A DNA stretch of 64,000 nt from an uncultured delta proteobacterium (GTDB lineage Bacteria; Desulfobacterota; Syntrophobacteria; Syntrophobacterales; Syntrophobacteraceae): NCBI GenBank assembly GCA_963808625.1, contig CAWEHK010000028.1:12625-76624 (forward strand). Reading direction: 5' to 3'. Made by a program: the position numbers and the translations under genes. The notes beneath the pieces are model-generated. The model was not told the origin of the DNA. It did not search any database and worked only from the letters and a program-made list of their open reading frames with translations. Positions 24,348-36,181 of the stretch are shown here, in pieces (positions within the stretch are counted from its first letter, which is position 1; every line of letters begins with the position of its first letter).

Positions 24348-26792
24348 ATGTTCAGGATAAATCGCAGTAGGGAAGAGCTTCATAATGGTTCGGCATCGTT
24401 GATGATGCCTCTGCTTCCATTGAGAGATATCGTCGTGTTCCCACTGATGGTGGTGCCGCTATTTGTCGGTCGTGACAAGTCCGTGAATGCTTTGGAAAAA
24501 GCGATGAGCTCTGACAAGAAAATCTTCCTGTCAGCGCAAACCAAGGCAAAAACCGACAATCCCGCCGAAGGTGATATCTACCGTCTGGGCACCGTGGCCA
24601 ACGTCCTGCAAATCCTGAGGCTTCCCGACGGCACGGTCAAGGTCCTCGTCGAGGGTGACTATCGAGCCCGAGTGATGAACTTCGTTCCCCATGCCGACTA
24701 CTTTCTGGTCCAGATTGATCCCCTCCAGGAGCGCGGCGGGGAAACCGTCGAAATCGAGGCACTGCGCCGTGGCATTCGCGCGACGTTCGAAACCTATTCC
24801 CGGCATAATAAGAAGATTACTCAGGAAGTGCTGGAAAGTGTCGCCGCCATCGATAGTCCCTCACGATTGGCCGACACGATCACCTCCTACATGCCGTTTA
24901 AGCTCGAAGTGAAGCAGGACCTCCTCGAGACCCTCGATGTCGCCAGGCGTCTGGAAAAGCTCTTCGGTCATATCCGGGCCGAGGTTGAGATCATTCAGAC
25001 GGAGGAGCGCATCAAGGGCCGGGTCAAAAAGCAGATGGAGAAGACCCAGCGGGAGTATTATCTCACCGAGCAGATGCGGGCGATTCAGAAGGAAATGGGG
25101 GACAAGGACGACTTCAAGTCCGAACTCCAGGAGCTTGAAAAGCGCATCAAGCGGAAACGCCTGAGTCAGGAAGCGGCAGCCAAGGTCCGTGCGGAATTCA
25201 AAAAATTGAAATTGATGTCACCGATGAGCGCTGAAGCTACGGTGGTCAGGAATTACATCGATTGGATTCTTTCTCTGCCCTGGTTCGAGAAGACGAAAGA
25301 CAAGATCGACATCGATGAAGCCGCCCGCATCCTGGATGAAGATCATTATGCCCTGGAAAAGCCCAAAGAGCGGATTCTGGAATACCTCGCGGTCCAGGCG
25401 TTGGTGAAGAAGATCAAGGGTCCGATCCTCTGTTTCGTCGGCCCTCCAGGTGTCGGCAAGACCTCCCTGGCGCGATCCATTGCGCGTTCGATGAACCGGA
25501 ACTTCATCAGGGTTTCCCTGGGAGGGGTTCGCGACGAAGCGGAAATTCGCGGCCACCGGCGCACTTACATTGGTGCTCTGCCGGGAAAGATCATTCAGTG
25601 CCTGCGGAAGGTTAAAAGCAGGAACCCGGTCTTCTGCCTGGACGAAGTGGACAAGATGAGCATGGACTTCCGGGGAGATCCTTCAGCAGCACTGCTCGAA
25701 GTGCTGGATCCCGAGCAGAACTTCGCTTTCAATGATCATTATCTCGACCTTGACTACGATCTTTCCGAGGTGTTCTTCATAACCACCGCCAACAACCTGC
25801 ACGCCATCCCTCCGCCCTTGCGGGATCGCATGGAGATCATTCAGATGGCGGGTTATACGGAATTTGACAAAGTCAACATCGCCCGCCAGTTCCTGGTGGC
25901 AAAGCAGTGCAAAGCCAATGGCCTGTCGGCCGATAACGTCGCCTTCTCGGAAGATATGCTCTTCTACATCATTCGCCATTACACGAAAGAAGCCGGAGTG
26001 CGCAATCTCGAACGGGAAATCGCCACGGTTTGCCGCAAAGTCGCCAAGGAAGTGGTAAGGAACGGGCCTCAGACCAGAGTAGAGCTCTCCGAAGAACTGC
26101 TCCAGGAATACCTGGGAGTCCCCAAATTCCGCTACGGTCGCGCCGAAGAAAGAGACGAGATTGGTCTGGCGATGGGGCTTGCCTGGACCGAGTTCGGCGG
26201 CGATATCCTCGGGATTGAAACGGTGGTGATGCCGGGCAAGGGCAAGGTGCTGATCACCGGCAAACTCGGCGAGGTGATGCAGGAATCGGCGCAGGCTGCG
26301 TTGAGCTACGTCCGGTCACGGGCGGTTCGGCTGGGGATTGAACCGGACTTCTATCAGAACTTCGACATCCACGTTCACGTCCCCGAGGGCGGCATTCCCA
26401 AGGATGGCCCGTCGGCAGGAATCACCATGGCAACCTCGATTGTGTCCGCCCTGACCCGGATCCCGGCCCGAAGCGATGTGGCCATGACCGGTGAGATTAC
26501 TTTGCGCGGCAGGGTTTTGCCCATCGGCGGGTTGAAGGAAAAGATCCTGGCCGCCCACCGGGGATTGCTGAAAACCGTTTTGATTCCGCAGGAAAACGCC
26601 AAAGACCTGAAAGAGATCCCCGAAAAAATCCTTCAGGAAATCGAGATCGAACTGGTGGAACATATGGATGACGTGTTGCGCCTGGCAATGAATATCAGCG
26701 ATGACCGTGAGCTGTTCAAGGACTCCGCCGCTGCGCAGCCGGTAATCTTCGAAACACCGGCAACGCCCGGAGATGAGATTCGAACGCACTGA
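24348..26792 (+). CDS. lon: Lon protease (endopeptidase La)
   Basis: [35 protein letters not shown]. Confidence 0.98.
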   Translation: MFRINRSREELHNGSASLMMPLLPLRDIVVFPLMVVPLFVGRDKSVNALEKAMSSDKKIFLSAQTKAKTDNPAEGDIYRLGTVANVLQILRLPDGTVKVLVEGDYRARVMNFVPHADYFLVQIDPLQERGGETVEIEALRRGIRATFETYSRHNKKITQEVLESVAAIDSPSRLADTITSYMPFKLEVKQDLLETLDVARRLEKLFGHIRAEVEIIQTEERIKGRVKKQMEKTQREYYLTEQMRAIQKEMGDKDDFKSELQELEKRIKRKRLSQEAAAKVRAEFKKLKLMSPMSAEATVVRNYIDWILSLPWFEKTKDKIDIDEAARILDEDHYALEKPKERILEYLAVQALVKKIKGPILCFVGPPGVGKTSLARSIARSMNRNFIRVSLGGVRDEAEIRGHRRTYIGALPGKIIQCLRKVKSRNPVFCLDEVDKMSMDFRGDPSAALLEVLDPEQNFAFNDHYLDLDYDLSEVFFITTANNLHAIPPPLRDRMEIIQMAGYTEFDKVNIARQFLVAKQCKANGLSADNVAFSEDMLFYIIRHYTKEAGVRNLEREIATVCRKVAKEVVRNGPQTRVELSEELLQEYLGVPKFRYGRAEERDEIGLAMGLAWTEFGGDILGIETVVMPGKGKVLITGKLGEVMQESAQAALSYVRSRAVRLGIEPDFYQNFDIHVHVPEGGIPKDGPSAGITMATSIVSALTRIPARSDVAMTGEITLRGRVLPIGGLKEKILAAHRGLLKTVLIPQENAKDLKEIPEKILQEIEIELVEHMDDVLRLAMNISDDRELFKDSAAAQPVIFETPATPGDEIRTH

Positions 26793-26831
26793 GTACCGCT
26801 TCACATAATAAGGTGACCCTTGCCCCAGGAC

Positions 26832-26890
26832 GTCATACCCGCATGCTCCCCGCCTGAAGCCTGCGGGGACAAGCTTTAGCGGGAATCCAG
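26832..26890. repeat. GTCAT(T/A)CCCGC...GCGGGAATCCAG REP-like palindrome
   Basis: Member of a family recurring at about 30556, 35200, 40432, 45330, 48826, 51628 and 62817. Confidence 0.7.
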
Positions 26891-27538
26891 AAAGACACCC
26901 CGGATGTCCACCTTCTCCAGGATAGTGGACAATTGTCTGCGCGGGACTTTACTCGGCACTGCCAGTAGCTGATCCTCCTCGAGCCAGAAATTGCCCAGCT
27001 CGATTTCAATCTCGCTAAAGGGCTCGGCACGTACTTTGTCATCATCGACAAAACTGGTGAGCAAAGCCCACTTGCCGGATTCCAGCTTAAAGACATCCAG
27101 AGTTTTTGAAAGCGGGTCCAGAAGCCAGATATACGGTATTGCATATTGCGCATAGATTGGCATCTTGCGCACCTTGTCCACCCGTGCGGTGCTCGGTGAA
27201 AGGACTTCGCACACCCAGTCCGGAGGAATGCTCATCCATTCTTTTCTGGATAGGGCCGCCAGCCGTTCTTTTCTCCATCCCGCCAGGTCCGGAACGAAGA
27301 TATGCTCACCAAGCGCAATCTCCGGTTCATCAAGAATGATCCATCCTCCCGGACCCCCTCCCCTGCCGAAACTGTAAGGGAGCACCAACTCGCCCCCCAG
27401 CAGGGATGCAGCATGGGCGTGTTCCAGTGATGGTCGCGGAGTGACAATCAATTCGCCATCAATGATCTCCCCGATCATCGTCTCGGGAATGCTGTAAAGA
27501 TCATCGTAAGAGGCTCGCTTTCTTGCCGGTTCCGACAT
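26876..27538 (-). CDS. Uma2 family (PD-(D/E)XK-like) endonuclease
   Basis: GEIIDGELIVTPRP, GGWIILDEPE, VPDLAGW, PDWVCEVLSPST, KMPIYA..WLLDP. Confidence 0.92.
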   Translation of the reverse strand: MSEPARKRASYDDLYSIPETMIGEIIDGELIVTPRPSLEHAHAASLLGGELVLPYSFGRGGGPGGWIILDEPEIALGEHIFVPDLAGWRKERLAALSRKEWMSIPPDWVCEVLSPSTARVDKVRKMPIYAQYAIPYIWLLDPLSKTLDVFKLESGKWALLTSFVDDDKVRAEPFSEIEIELGNFWLEEDQLLAVPSKVPRRQLSTILEKVDIRGVFLDSR

Positions 27539-27841
27539 TACCTTATTCTCCTTCTGATCTAAAGGATGGCGCTCGCCTATTTGCCCTTCATCCATTTGGA
27601 CATTTTACTCTTAACTTCTCCTTCTCGCAATCCATCGAGGGACGGTATTGGCATCAATGGTCTCCTTCTCAATTATTTTTCCATAAAAACATCACGCCAA
27701 CCGAAGTGGAGAGGAACCACAGCGATTGAATGCGTAATAGATAACGGTCAAAAATCAGACCTCTCCCCGCGAAGACATATCAGTGAAATATCATCGCCCA
27801 TCTTTGACTTTTCAATACGATTCGGTTATCTCCTTATTGTG

Positions 27842-28987
27842 ATGAACAAAATTGACAGACCCAAAGACAAAGCCGCCCTTGCAACGATCATGGGAGCCTT
27901 CCCGGTCACGGCCATCCTTGGGCCGCGGCAGTCGGGCAAGACCACTCTGGCCCACGAGTTTCCGGCGGACCATTTTTTTGACCTGGAAAATCCGCGCGAC
28001 GTCGCCATGCTGGCGGAACCTCAACTGGCTCTGGAACCACTCTCCGGGTTGATCGTGATTGACGAAATCCAGCGCGCACCAGATCTTTTCCCCCTCCTTC
28101 GCTATCTGGTGGATACCCGTCCTGACCAGCACTATCTGATTCTGGGCAGTGCCTCGCGGGACCTGATCCGACAGTCCTCGGAATCGCTCGCGGGGCGTGT
28201 GGCTTATCATGAGCTCGGCGGCTTGCGGCTGACCGATGTGGGCGTGGAGCAGTGGCGACAGCTGTGGCTGCGCGGCGGACTGCCACCGGCCTACACGGCG
28301 GCGACCGACGAGGCAAGCCACCTCTGGCGCGAGCAGTATGTGGCCACCTTTCTCGAGCGCGACCTTCCCCAGTTGGGCATTTCCATCCCCGCCCCCACCC
28401 TGCGCCGTTTCTGGACCATGCTCTGCCATTACCACGGTCAACTCCTCAACCATGCCGAACTGGCTCGAGCCTTCGGCGTCTCCGACATGACCGTCCGGCG
28501 TTACCTGGACATTCTCGAAGGCACCTTCATGATCCGTCTGCTCCAGCCATGGCATGTGAACATCAGCAAACGCCTGGTCAAACGGCCCAAGCTCTATCTG
28601 CGGGACTCGGGCCTGCTGCATGTGCTGCTGGCAATCCGCTCGGTGCGTGATCTGGCCGGTCACAACAAGCTGGGCTCCTCCTGGGAGGGATTTGCCCTCG
28701 AGATTGCCGCCCGCGCGATTGGCAAACGCCACGAGGAACTGGCCTTCTGGGCAACTCACAGCGGCGCCGAAGTGGACTTTTTCTGGCAGGAACACGGCAA
28801 GAACTGGGCAATCGAGATCAAGTACGCCGATGCCCCCCGCTTCACCCCCTCCATGGCCAACGCCCTGAAAGATCTGGAGCTGACCCATCTCTGGGTCCTT
28901 TACCCCGGCGACCGGGCCTATCCGCTGGCCAAGGCGGCGAGCACGCTGCCGCTTGCCAGTGTTGCCGACCAATGGCGCTATGGATAA
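27842..28987 (+). CDS. AAA+ ATPase (AAA_14 plus DUF4143)
   Basis: GPRQSGKTT, IDEIQR, LGSAS, SESLAGR, RGGLP, KRPKLYLRDSG, AEVDF, IEIK. Confidence 0.92.
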   Translation: MNKIDRPKDKAALATIMGAFPVTAILGPRQSGKTTLAHEFPADHFFDLENPRDVAMLAEPQLALEPLSGLIVIDEIQRAPDLFPLLRYLVDTRPDQHYLILGSASRDLIRQSSESLAGRVAYHELGGLRLTDVGVEQWRQLWLRGGLPPAYTAATDEASHLWREQYVATFLERDLPQLGISIPAPTLRRFWTMLCHYHGQLLNHAELARAFGVSDMTVRRYLDILEGTFMIRLLQPWHVNISKRLVKRPKLYLRDSGLLHVLLAIRSVRDLAGHNKLGSSWEGFALEIAARAIGKRHEELAFWATHSGAEVDFFWQEHGKNWAIEIKYADAPRFTPSMANALKDLELTHLWVLYPGDRAYPLAKAASTLPLASVADQWRYG

Positions 28988-29268
28988 TTGGAGATCTATT
29001 TTCCCTCACGCGAAGTCGCGAAGCCGCAAAGGCAGCACCGGTTAGGCACTTTCACTACCTTCAAATGACTTTTGCAGGAGGGTCATCGTCCTCTCTATTT
29101 TTTCCTCTTACCCCGTGAACTCGCACTTGCTGCCCCTTCGCCATTATTCCGTGCGACTTCCAACTTCCACTTCCGATTACCCCCATTCTTCTCCTTGACT
29201 TTTACCGGACCGTTTCTTTAAAAGACTACGTTTATTATTAATTTTCCGATTTTACGCAAGGACTGCTT

Positions 29269-30531
29269 ATGCAACCCATCCAGGCCATCAGAGGCATGAA
29301 CGACATCCTGCCCGATCAGATCGGGTGGTGGCAAAGGGTCGAGGAAACGGCGCGGGAGGTTTTGACCACCTTCGGTTACCGGGAAATTCGCACCCCGGTC
29401 ATCGAGAAACTCGATCTCTTCGCCCGCAGCATCGGGGAAAGCACCGATATTGTGGAGAAGGAAATGTACGCTTTCCCGGACCGCAAGGGCGAGATGCTGG
29501 CGCTGCGGCCCGAGGCCACGGCATCCGTCGTGCGTGCCTTCATCCAGCACAACCTGCAGGCCGATCCGCTGGCGAGGAAGTTCTACGCCATGGGCCCCAT
29601 GTTCCGCCACGAACGCCCCCAGAAAGGGAGATACCGGCAGTTCTACCAGATCGATGCGGAAGCCTTCGGCATTGATGATCCGATGCTGGATGCCGAGGTC
29701 ATGTATATGCTCCGGCTTTTTCTCGAGCGGCTCGGGTTAACGGGTGTTGTCCTCCATATCAACTCCCTGGGCTGCCAGGAATGCCGCCAGGAATATCGCG
29801 AGGTTCTTAAGGAATTTCTCGAGAAAAACGAGGCGGAGCTCTGCCCGGACTGTCAGCGGCGCCGTCATACCAATCCTTTACGCACTTTTGACTGCAAGGT
29901 CGAGCGCTGCCAGGCAATTCTTGCCGATGCGCCGGTCCTGCTTCACTCGATTTGCGGAGCGTGCGCCGACCATTTCGAGAGCGTAAAGTCCTATCTTGAA
30001 CAGCTCAAGACCGCCTATGTCGTTAATCCGCGTATGGTGCGCGGCCTGGATTATTACATGCGGACCACCTTCGAGGTCATTACCGACCGTTTGGGCGCTC
30101 AGAATGCGGTCGGCGGCGGCGGGCGATACAACGGCCTGGTGCGCGACCTGGGCGGACCGGACCTTCCCGGGATCGGCTTCGCCATCGGCATGGAGCGGCT
30201 GATTTTATTGCTGCAGCAAGAACAGTCCGAAGCGCGGCGGTGTCCCAAGATCTTTGTGGCATCCTTGGGATCGGCCGCTCGCAATGCGTGTTTCCTCCTC
30301 GCCCAAGAGCTCCGCAGCCTGGGTTTGGAGACCGAGATCGACTACGAAGCAGGAAGTCTCAAGAGCCAGATGCGGCGGGCGGACAAACTGGGGGTCAGGC
30401 ACGTCCTGATCATGGGGGATGATGAAATTGGCAGAGGCGAGGTGCAGGTCCGCGATATGATGAATAAGACGCAAACGGTCCTGCCTTTGGAAGCGATTGC
30501 CCTAAGACTGCAAGAAATATATAAGCAATAG
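29269..30531 (+). CDS. hisS: Histidine-tRNA ligase
   Basis: IRGMNDILP, LRPEATA, FRHERPQKGRYRQF, RGLDYY, GGGRY. Confidence 0.98.
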   Translation: MQPIQAIRGMNDILPDQIGWWQRVEETAREVLTTFGYREIRTPVIEKLDLFARSIGESTDIVEKEMYAFPDRKGEMLALRPEATASVVRAFIQHNLQADPLARKFYAMGPMFRHERPQKGRYRQFYQIDAEAFGIDDPMLDAEVMYMLRLFLERLGLTGVVLHINSLGCQECRQEYREVLKEFLEKNEAELCPDCQRRRHTNPLRTFDCKVERCQAILADAPVLLHSICGACADHFESVKSYLEQLKTAYVVNPRMVRGLDYYMRTTFEVITDRLGAQNAVGGGGRYNGLVRDLGGPDLPGIGFAIGMERLILLLQQEQSEARRCPKIFVASLGSAARNACFLLAQELRSLGLETEIDYEAGSLKSQMRRADKLGVRHVLIMGDDEIGRGEVQVRDMMNKTQTVLPLEAIALRLQEIYKQ

Positions 30532-30555
30532 AGCCTCTTGCAAAAGTCCCTGGGC

Positions 30556-30934
30556 GTCATTCCGGCGTACGCCCATGCGCGTCAACTTAAGCATTTCCTA
30601 AATTTTACCCCGAAGGGGTTTCATAAGTCAGCCCAGGGTCAGCGATAGCGCCACCCTGGGTCAGGAGATGCCATAAACCATCTTACCCTGAAGGGGTTAC
30701 ATCAAACAGGACCATGGCGAGCACCCGGATCTGTTATGAGAAATCCTTTTTATGTAACCCTTTCAGGGTATGGATCTTTGTTGTGCACCCCCATACCCAG
30801 GGTGGCGCTTAGCTGACCCTGGGCTTAACTATACAACCCCTTCGGGGTAAAAAAGGATGCACCATCCTGATCGTGAACGACCATGCGCCTTCCATCGCGT
30901 TAAATTGACGCCAATGGGCTTTCGCCGGAATGAC
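30556..30934. mobile_element. Nested composite palindrome: REP arms > IS231-like-ended MITE (30574-30916) > ~250-bp CCCAGGG-type hairpin (30603-30852)
   Basis: Outer GTCATTCCGGC/GCCGGAATGAC; middle IRs CATGCGCGTCAACTTAAG vs CATTGGCGTCAATTTAAC (14/18); inner perfect 18-bp IR TTTTACCCCGAAGGGGTT/AACCCCTTCGGGGTAAAA plus two further internal IR pairs. Confidence 0.72.
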
Positions 30935-31208
30935 GCCGCGACTAAGTTTGTGCTTATGCCCCTCCGCCCAGCTGGTGGGCAAAGCCCGCATGGCAGTTAG
31001 GGGGCAGAGCCAATGCACCACCCCTTCGCCCCGCTGGCGGGCACGGCCCAGCCTACGGCAAGAGTGCGGCGGGACGGGGTGATTTTCCAGGTAATCGTCA
31101 TTCCGGGGCGGCGCCCTTGAACGATGAAAATGAGCCAGGATTGCATGCTGTAACTCAGCACTCAGCATCCAGGACTCAGCACTATTTTTTTGGTAAGAGG
31201 AGAGTGCA

Positions 31209-33047
31209 GTGAACCAAATGGAACAACCGGATGAAACCTACACCACCACTCCAACATCGCTTGACTCATTGGGAGACTGGAACAAGAGCCACGACTGCAA
31301 TTGCCTGAGCCTGGAAAATATCGATGAAACGGTGACCCTCATGGGCTGGGTGCAGCGCCGACGCGATCACGGGGGATTGATCTTCGTCGACCTGCGCGAC
31401 CGCGAAGGGATCACCCAGGTGGTCTTTGACCCCCAGTATGACGCCGCCGCCCACGAGCGTGCCCACTTTCTGCGCAGTGAATTCGTCATCGCCGTGCGGG
31501 GCAAAGTGCGCTCGCGCCCGGAAGGAATGGCCAACCCGAAGCTGGTTACCGGAGGAATTGAGATCATTGTCAGCGAGCTCAAGATATTGAATTCTTCCAA
31601 AACGCCACCCTTCCAAATCGAAGACGATCTCGAGGCGAGTGAAAACATACGGCTGCGCTACCGGTACCTGGACCTTCGCCGGCAAAGCATGTTTAAAAAC
31701 CTCCTCCTCCGGCACCGCGCGGCCCAGCTTACCCGTCAGTATCTCAGTGACAGCGGGTTTCTTGAGATCGAAACCCCGGTGCTTACCAAGAGCACTCCCG
31801 AAGGCGCTCGCGACTACCTGGTGCCGAGTCGCGTCAACGCTGGAAAATTCTACGCCCTGCCCCAATCGCCTCAGCTTTTCAAGCAATTGCTGATGGTTGC
31901 GGGAGTCGAGAAATATTTCCAGATTGTCAAGTGCTTCCGGGATGAAGACCTGCGCGCTGATCGTCAGCCTGAATTCACCCAGATCGACCTGGAGATGTCT
32001 TTCGTCCGGGAAGAACAAATCTATGAGCTGATGGAACGCTGGATGGCATGTCTTTTTCGCGACCTGCTCGGGGTGGAACTGGCGTTGCCGTTTCCGCGAA
32101 TGACCTATACTGAGGCCATGGAACAATTCGGGACCGATCGCCCGGATACGCGTTTCGGTTTGGATTTGATCGATGTCACCGATATCGCGCGGAGTTCCGA
32201 AGTTCGGGTGTTTCAGCAGGCCATCGAGCGCGGCGGCATGGTCAAGGCCGTGCGCCTGCCGGACGGCAGCCGTCTTTCCCGAAAGGACCTGGACGATCTG
32301 ATTGAATTTGTTAAAATCTTCGGAGCGCAGGGGATGGCCTGGATTAAGATCCAGGCCGACGGCTGGCAGTCGCCCATCGCCAAGTTCCTCAACGATGATG
32401 CCCGTTCCCGGCTGGTTGAGCGGCTCAACCTCGGTGCCGGCGATATCGTCTTCTTTGTGGCCGACCAGAGTAAAATCGTCCACGCCGCCCTGGGAAATCT
32501 CCGGGTCCGCCTCAGCCAGCAGTTGGACTTGATCGCGCCCGAAAGCTACAATTTTGTCTGGGTGACGCACTTTCCCCTGGTGGAATGGGACCATGATGAG
32601 AAGCGGTATACGTCCGTCCACCATCCTTTTACGGCCCCTCTCGAAGCGGACCTCGAGCGGTTGAGCCAGGAGCCGGAAAAGGTCCGGAGCCGGGCGTACG
32701 ATCTTGTCCTGAACGGTACGGAAATTGGTGGTGGAAGCATCCGCATTCATCGCCAGGATATCCAGGAGCAGGTATTCACCGTCCTTGGGATTACCCGGGA
32801 AGAGGCGCAGCAGAAGTTTGGGTTCCTTCTGGAGGCGCTCCAGCACGGTGCGCCACCGCACGGAGGGATTGCTTTCGGATTTGACCGCCTGATCATGCTC
32901 CTTTGCGGCTGCAGTTCGATTCGCGACGTCATTGCTTTCCCGAAAACCCAAAAGGCTACGTGCCTCATGAGTGGGGCGCCATCGGAGCCGGAGATGAACC
33001 AGCTTCTCGAACTTTGTGTACGGGTAGAAACCGAGCGAAAGAGTTGA
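31209..33047 (+). CDS. aspS: Aspartate-tRNA ligase (probably non-discriminating Asp/Asn type)
   Basis: [11 protein letters not shown] (His typical of ND-AspRS), [43 protein letters not shown]. Confidence 0.97.
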   Translation: MNQMEQPDETYTTTPTSLDSLGDWNKSHDCNCLSLENIDETVTLMGWVQRRRDHGGLIFVDLRDREGITQVVFDPQYDAAAHERAHFLRSEFVIAVRGKVRSRPEGMANPKLVTGGIEIIVSELKILNSSKTPPFQIEDDLEASENIRLRYRYLDLRRQSMFKNLLLRHRAAQLTRQYLSDSGFLEIETPVLTKSTPEGARDYLVPSRVNAGKFYALPQSPQLFKQLLMVAGVEKYFQIVKCFRDEDLRADRQPEFTQIDLEMSFVREEQIYELMERWMACLFRDLLGVELALPFPRMTYTEAMEQFGTDRPDTRFGLDLIDVTDIARSSEVRVFQQAIERGGMVKAVRLPDGSRLSRKDLDDLIEFVKIFGAQGMAWIKIQADGWQSPIAKFLNDDARSRLVERLNLGAGDIVFFVADQSKIVHAALGNLRVRLSQQLDLIAPESYNFVWVTHFPLVEWDHDEKRYTSVHHPFTAPLEADLERLSQEPEKVRSRAYDLVLNGTEIGGGSIRIHRQDIQEQVFTVLGITREEAQQKFGFLLEALQHGAPPHGGIAFGFDRLIMLLCGCSSIRDVIAFPKTQKATCLMSGAPSEPEMNQLLELCVRVETERKS

Positions 33048-33100
33048 TGGTTGATAGTTGATGGTTGATGGTGGGTGGTTGATGGTGGATAGTTGATGGT
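33043..33100 (+). repeat. Heptamer tandem repeat (GTTGATG/GTTGATA)n
   Basis: About 8 units starting at the aspS stop; the same unit recurs at 42246-42272. Confidence 0.8.
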
Positions 33101-33150
33101 GACTGAGTAGTAGTCATAAGACATGCAACAGCCTACGGGAGGTTAATTTC

Positions 33151-34981
33151 ATGGCCCGCTGGAACGATAAGAAACGGGTTCTGGATCACGAGCATTCCAA
33201 ATACTGGCAGCACAGTTTGCTCGACATCCCGAGCCCCAATCTGATGAGAGAAATCTTCCCGTACGATGAAGTGCCGCGGATCGACTTCGACCACAAACTG
33301 CTGCCCATTGACCCGGCGGAAGACATCTTTATCACCGACACCACTTTCCGCGATGGCCAGCAGGCTCGGCCTCCCTATACGGTGAAACAGATCGGGACCA
33401 TCTTCGATTTTCTCCACCGGCTTTCCGGTCCAAATGGGGTAATCCGCCAAGCGGAATTCTTCCTCTACACCGAGAAAGACCGTAAGGCGATCGAGTTGTG
33501 TCTTGCCAAGGGTTACCGCTATCCTGAGATCAACGGCTGGATTCGGGCCGTGGAGCAGGACCTCCAGTTGGTGGCGGAGATGGGCTTGAAAGAAACGGGC
33601 ATCCTTACGTCGGTTTCCGATTATCATATCTTCCTGAAACTCAAGAGCGACCGCAAAGCCGTTCTGAAGAAATATTTGGGGATTGTCCGGGCAGCCTTGG
33701 AAAGAGGGATCGTCCCCCGGTGCCATTTTGAAGATATCACCCGGGCCGATATCTTTGGTTTTTGCGTTCCCTTCGCTCTGGAACTGATGCGGCTGAGAGA
33801 AGAAAGCGGGGTCGACATAAAGGTCCGCCTTTGCGACACTCTGGGATTCGGCGTTACCTATCCCGGGGCGGCCCTCCCGAGGAGTGTTCCGAAACTGGTT
33901 CGAGCCTTCATTGATGACGCCGGGGTTCCCGGACATCTGCTTGAATGGCACGGTCACAATGATTTTCACAAAGTGATCATCAATGCCGCCACGGCCTGGC
34001 TCTATGGGTGCAGCGGCGCGAACGGCACGCTGCTGGGCTTCGGTGAACGGACAGGGAATGCTCCCATCGAAGGACTCATCATCGAGTATATCGGCATCAA
34101 AGGGGACACGCACGGCATTGACACCACCGCGATTACCGATGCTGCCGAATATTTCAAAACCGAACTGTCCTATCGTATTCCTCCCAACTATCCTTTCGTC
34201 GGCGAAGAGTTCAATGCGACCCGCGCGGGAATCCATGCTGACGGTCTGGTGAAGGACGAGGAAATCTACAACATCTTCAACACCGAAAAGCTGCTGAAGA
34301 GACCCATCAGCATTATCATCGCCGACAAGTCCGGGGTTGCCAGCATTGCCTACTGGGTCAATGTGCGGCTCGGGCCTCGAGGGAGACCGGCGACTGGACA
34401 AGCGCCACCCGGGCATTGCCAAGATCTACCGGAGAGTGATGCAGGAATACGAGCAGGGCCGCAACACCGCCATCTCCACCGAGGAATTGGAACGGTGGGC
34501 AAGGCGCTATCTGCCCGAGTACTTTGTGAGCGAATTCGACCTGCTCAAGCGAAAAGCCTACGCCCTGGCCGCCCATCTGGTCGAAGAGGTGGTCGAGAGC
34601 GAAGTCATAAAGAGTATGGACCCAACTCGGCAGGAGACCGTCCTGCAAGCCCTGCTGGATTTCAATCCCTTCATCCAGTACATTTACATTACGGATCGAG
34701 AAGGGCTAAAAATTACCCGCAATATCACGCACATCACCGATAAGGCCAAGTATGAAAGCGCCCGCGTCGGGGAAGATCTCTCCGACCGCCCCTGGTTCAT
34801 CGAACCCATGAAAAACGGGAAGGTGCATGTCACGGACTTCTATACCTCCCGCTACACCGGAGCGCTCTGCATTACCGTTTCCGCCCCCATTACCAACGAG
34901 TATGAAGAAATCGTGGGAATTCTCGGCATTGATATTCGCTTCGAAGATTTGGCCAAGATGGAAAAGAATGGCAATGGGTGA
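33151..34981 (+). CDS. Re-citrate synthase-like DRE-TIM enzyme with C-terminal Cache/PDC-like domain (frameshift near 34375)
   Basis: PNLMREIFPYDEVPRI, ITDTTFRDGQQ, EWHGHNDF, GERTGN, AGIHADG; C-terminal YIYITDREG..DLSDRPWF..TDFYTSRYTGALCITVSAPI..IVGILGIDI. Confidence 0.82.
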
Positions 34982-34987
34982 GGGGTA

Positions 34988-35153
34988 GTGATGGGTGATG
35001 GGTGCTGAGTGCTGAGTGATGAGTGAAAGGAATTAGTGCTGGGTGCTGGGTGCTGGGTGATGAGTGAAAGGAGATAGTGCTGGGTGCTGAGTGCTGAGTG
35101 AAAGGAAATAGTGCTGAGTGCTGGGTGATAGGTGCTGGGTGCTGGGTGACTGA
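34988..35153 (+). repeat. Heptamer tandem array (GTGCTGA/GTGCTGG/GTGATGA)n with three GAGTGAAAGGA-N-ATAGT-like higher-order units
   Basis: Directly visible array after the stop at 34981. Confidence 0.85.
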
Positions 35154-35308
35154 GTATGGGTCCAACACCAAAGAATGAAGTGTCCATACATCCCAGGATG
35201 TCATTCCCGCCGTTGCTTTTAGCGGGAATCCAGAAGATGAGCCTGGATGCCCGGCTGTGCGAGCATGACGGGTGGAGAGCGGACACTCATATTTATGCGG
35301 CGCGGTAT
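35154..35308. mobile_element. 155-bp MITE (degenerate) carrying a GTCATTCCCGC palindrome
   Basis: TGA on both sides (35151-53 and 35309-11); sub-terminal GAATGAAGTGTCC / GGACACTCAT; same length as the copy at 40393-40547. Confidence 0.55.
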
Positions 35309-35385
35309 TGAGTGCTGATTGCTAAAGACCAAGAGCTAAGAGCCAGAAGCAGAGTGATGGGTGTCGAGGAGACGTCCACACAATA

Positions 35386-36180
35386 ATGAATTCAGATCGG
35401 GGTAAACCGGTGAGTGTGTTTCTTCAAAGAAATATCGGAATCGGCCTCGTTCTCGTCCTTCTTCTGATCAGTTGCGCCAAGAAGACTCCCCCGCCATCGG
35501 CATACCCGCCATCCGGTCTTCGCTCGCAAAAGCCTTACCAGATTAAAGGGGTGTGGTACTATCCTCTCCCTTCGGCTGACGGCTACGTGGAAGATGGCCT
35601 TGCCAGCTGGTACGGTCCTGAATTTCACGGTAAACCGACCTCCTGCGGCGAGCCCTATGATATGTATGCGATGACGGCCGCCCACAAGACGCTCCCGCTG
35701 GGGACTTACGTCAAAGTAACCAATCAGCGCAATGGCCGCTCGGTGATTCTTCGTATCAACGATCGCGGACCCTTCGTCTCCGGGCGCGTCATCGATCTTT
35801 CCTGCCGGGCCGCCCAGGAACTCGGATCCTATGGCCCAGGGCTGGCCCCGGTGCGGGTAGAAGCGGTACAGGTGGCCTCCGAACAGCAGATCGCCGGCAG
35901 CACCTACTGGAAAGTCGATCCCGTGCCCTCCTTCCGGTATGGGCTCTTTGCCGTCCAGATCGGCTCCTTTCGCGATCAGAATAACGCCAATCGCCTGAAA
36001 GAAAGGATGCAGAGCGGCTATACGACAACTCAGATCCTTCCTTTCCTGGATCGCGACGGCTATCGTTATCGAGTTCAGGTCGGATCGTATCAGGACATCC
36101 TGCTTGCTCAGGAGGAAATGAAGCGCTTGCGCAGCAACGGGTTCGCCGATGCTTTCGTGGTGGCGATGGAGGCAAAATAG
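35386..36180 (+). CDS. rlpA: Septal ring lytic transglycosylase RlpA family lipoprotein with SPOR domain
   Basis: LLISC lipobox, [25 protein letters not shown]-terminal VQIGSF SPOR. Confidence 0.93.
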   Translation: MNSDRGKPVSVFLQRNIGIGLVLVLLLISCAKKTPPPSAYPPSGLRSQKPYQIKGVWYYPLPSADGYVEDGLASWYGPEFHGKPTSCGEPYDMYAMTAAHKTLPLGTYVKVTNQRNGRSVILRINDRGPFVSGRVIDLSCRAAQELGSYGPGLAPVRVEAVQVASEQQIAGSTYWKVDPVPSFRYGLFAVQIGSFRDQNNANRLKERMQSGYTTTQILPFLDRDGYRYRVQVGSYQDILLAQEEMKRLRSNGFADAFVVAMEAK

Positions 36181-36181
36181 T

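Noticed and set aside
31266..32951. Long antisense ORFs (561 aa opposite aspS; also opposite Re-citrate synthase, the AAA ATPase, rlpA/hisD and the CHAT gene)
   Set aside because: Shadow ORFs of GC-rich coding strands; no recognisable motifs
34988..35153. Periodic array as a possible CRISPR
   Set aside because: Units are 7-bp tandem repeats without unique spacers, and there are no cas genes in the window
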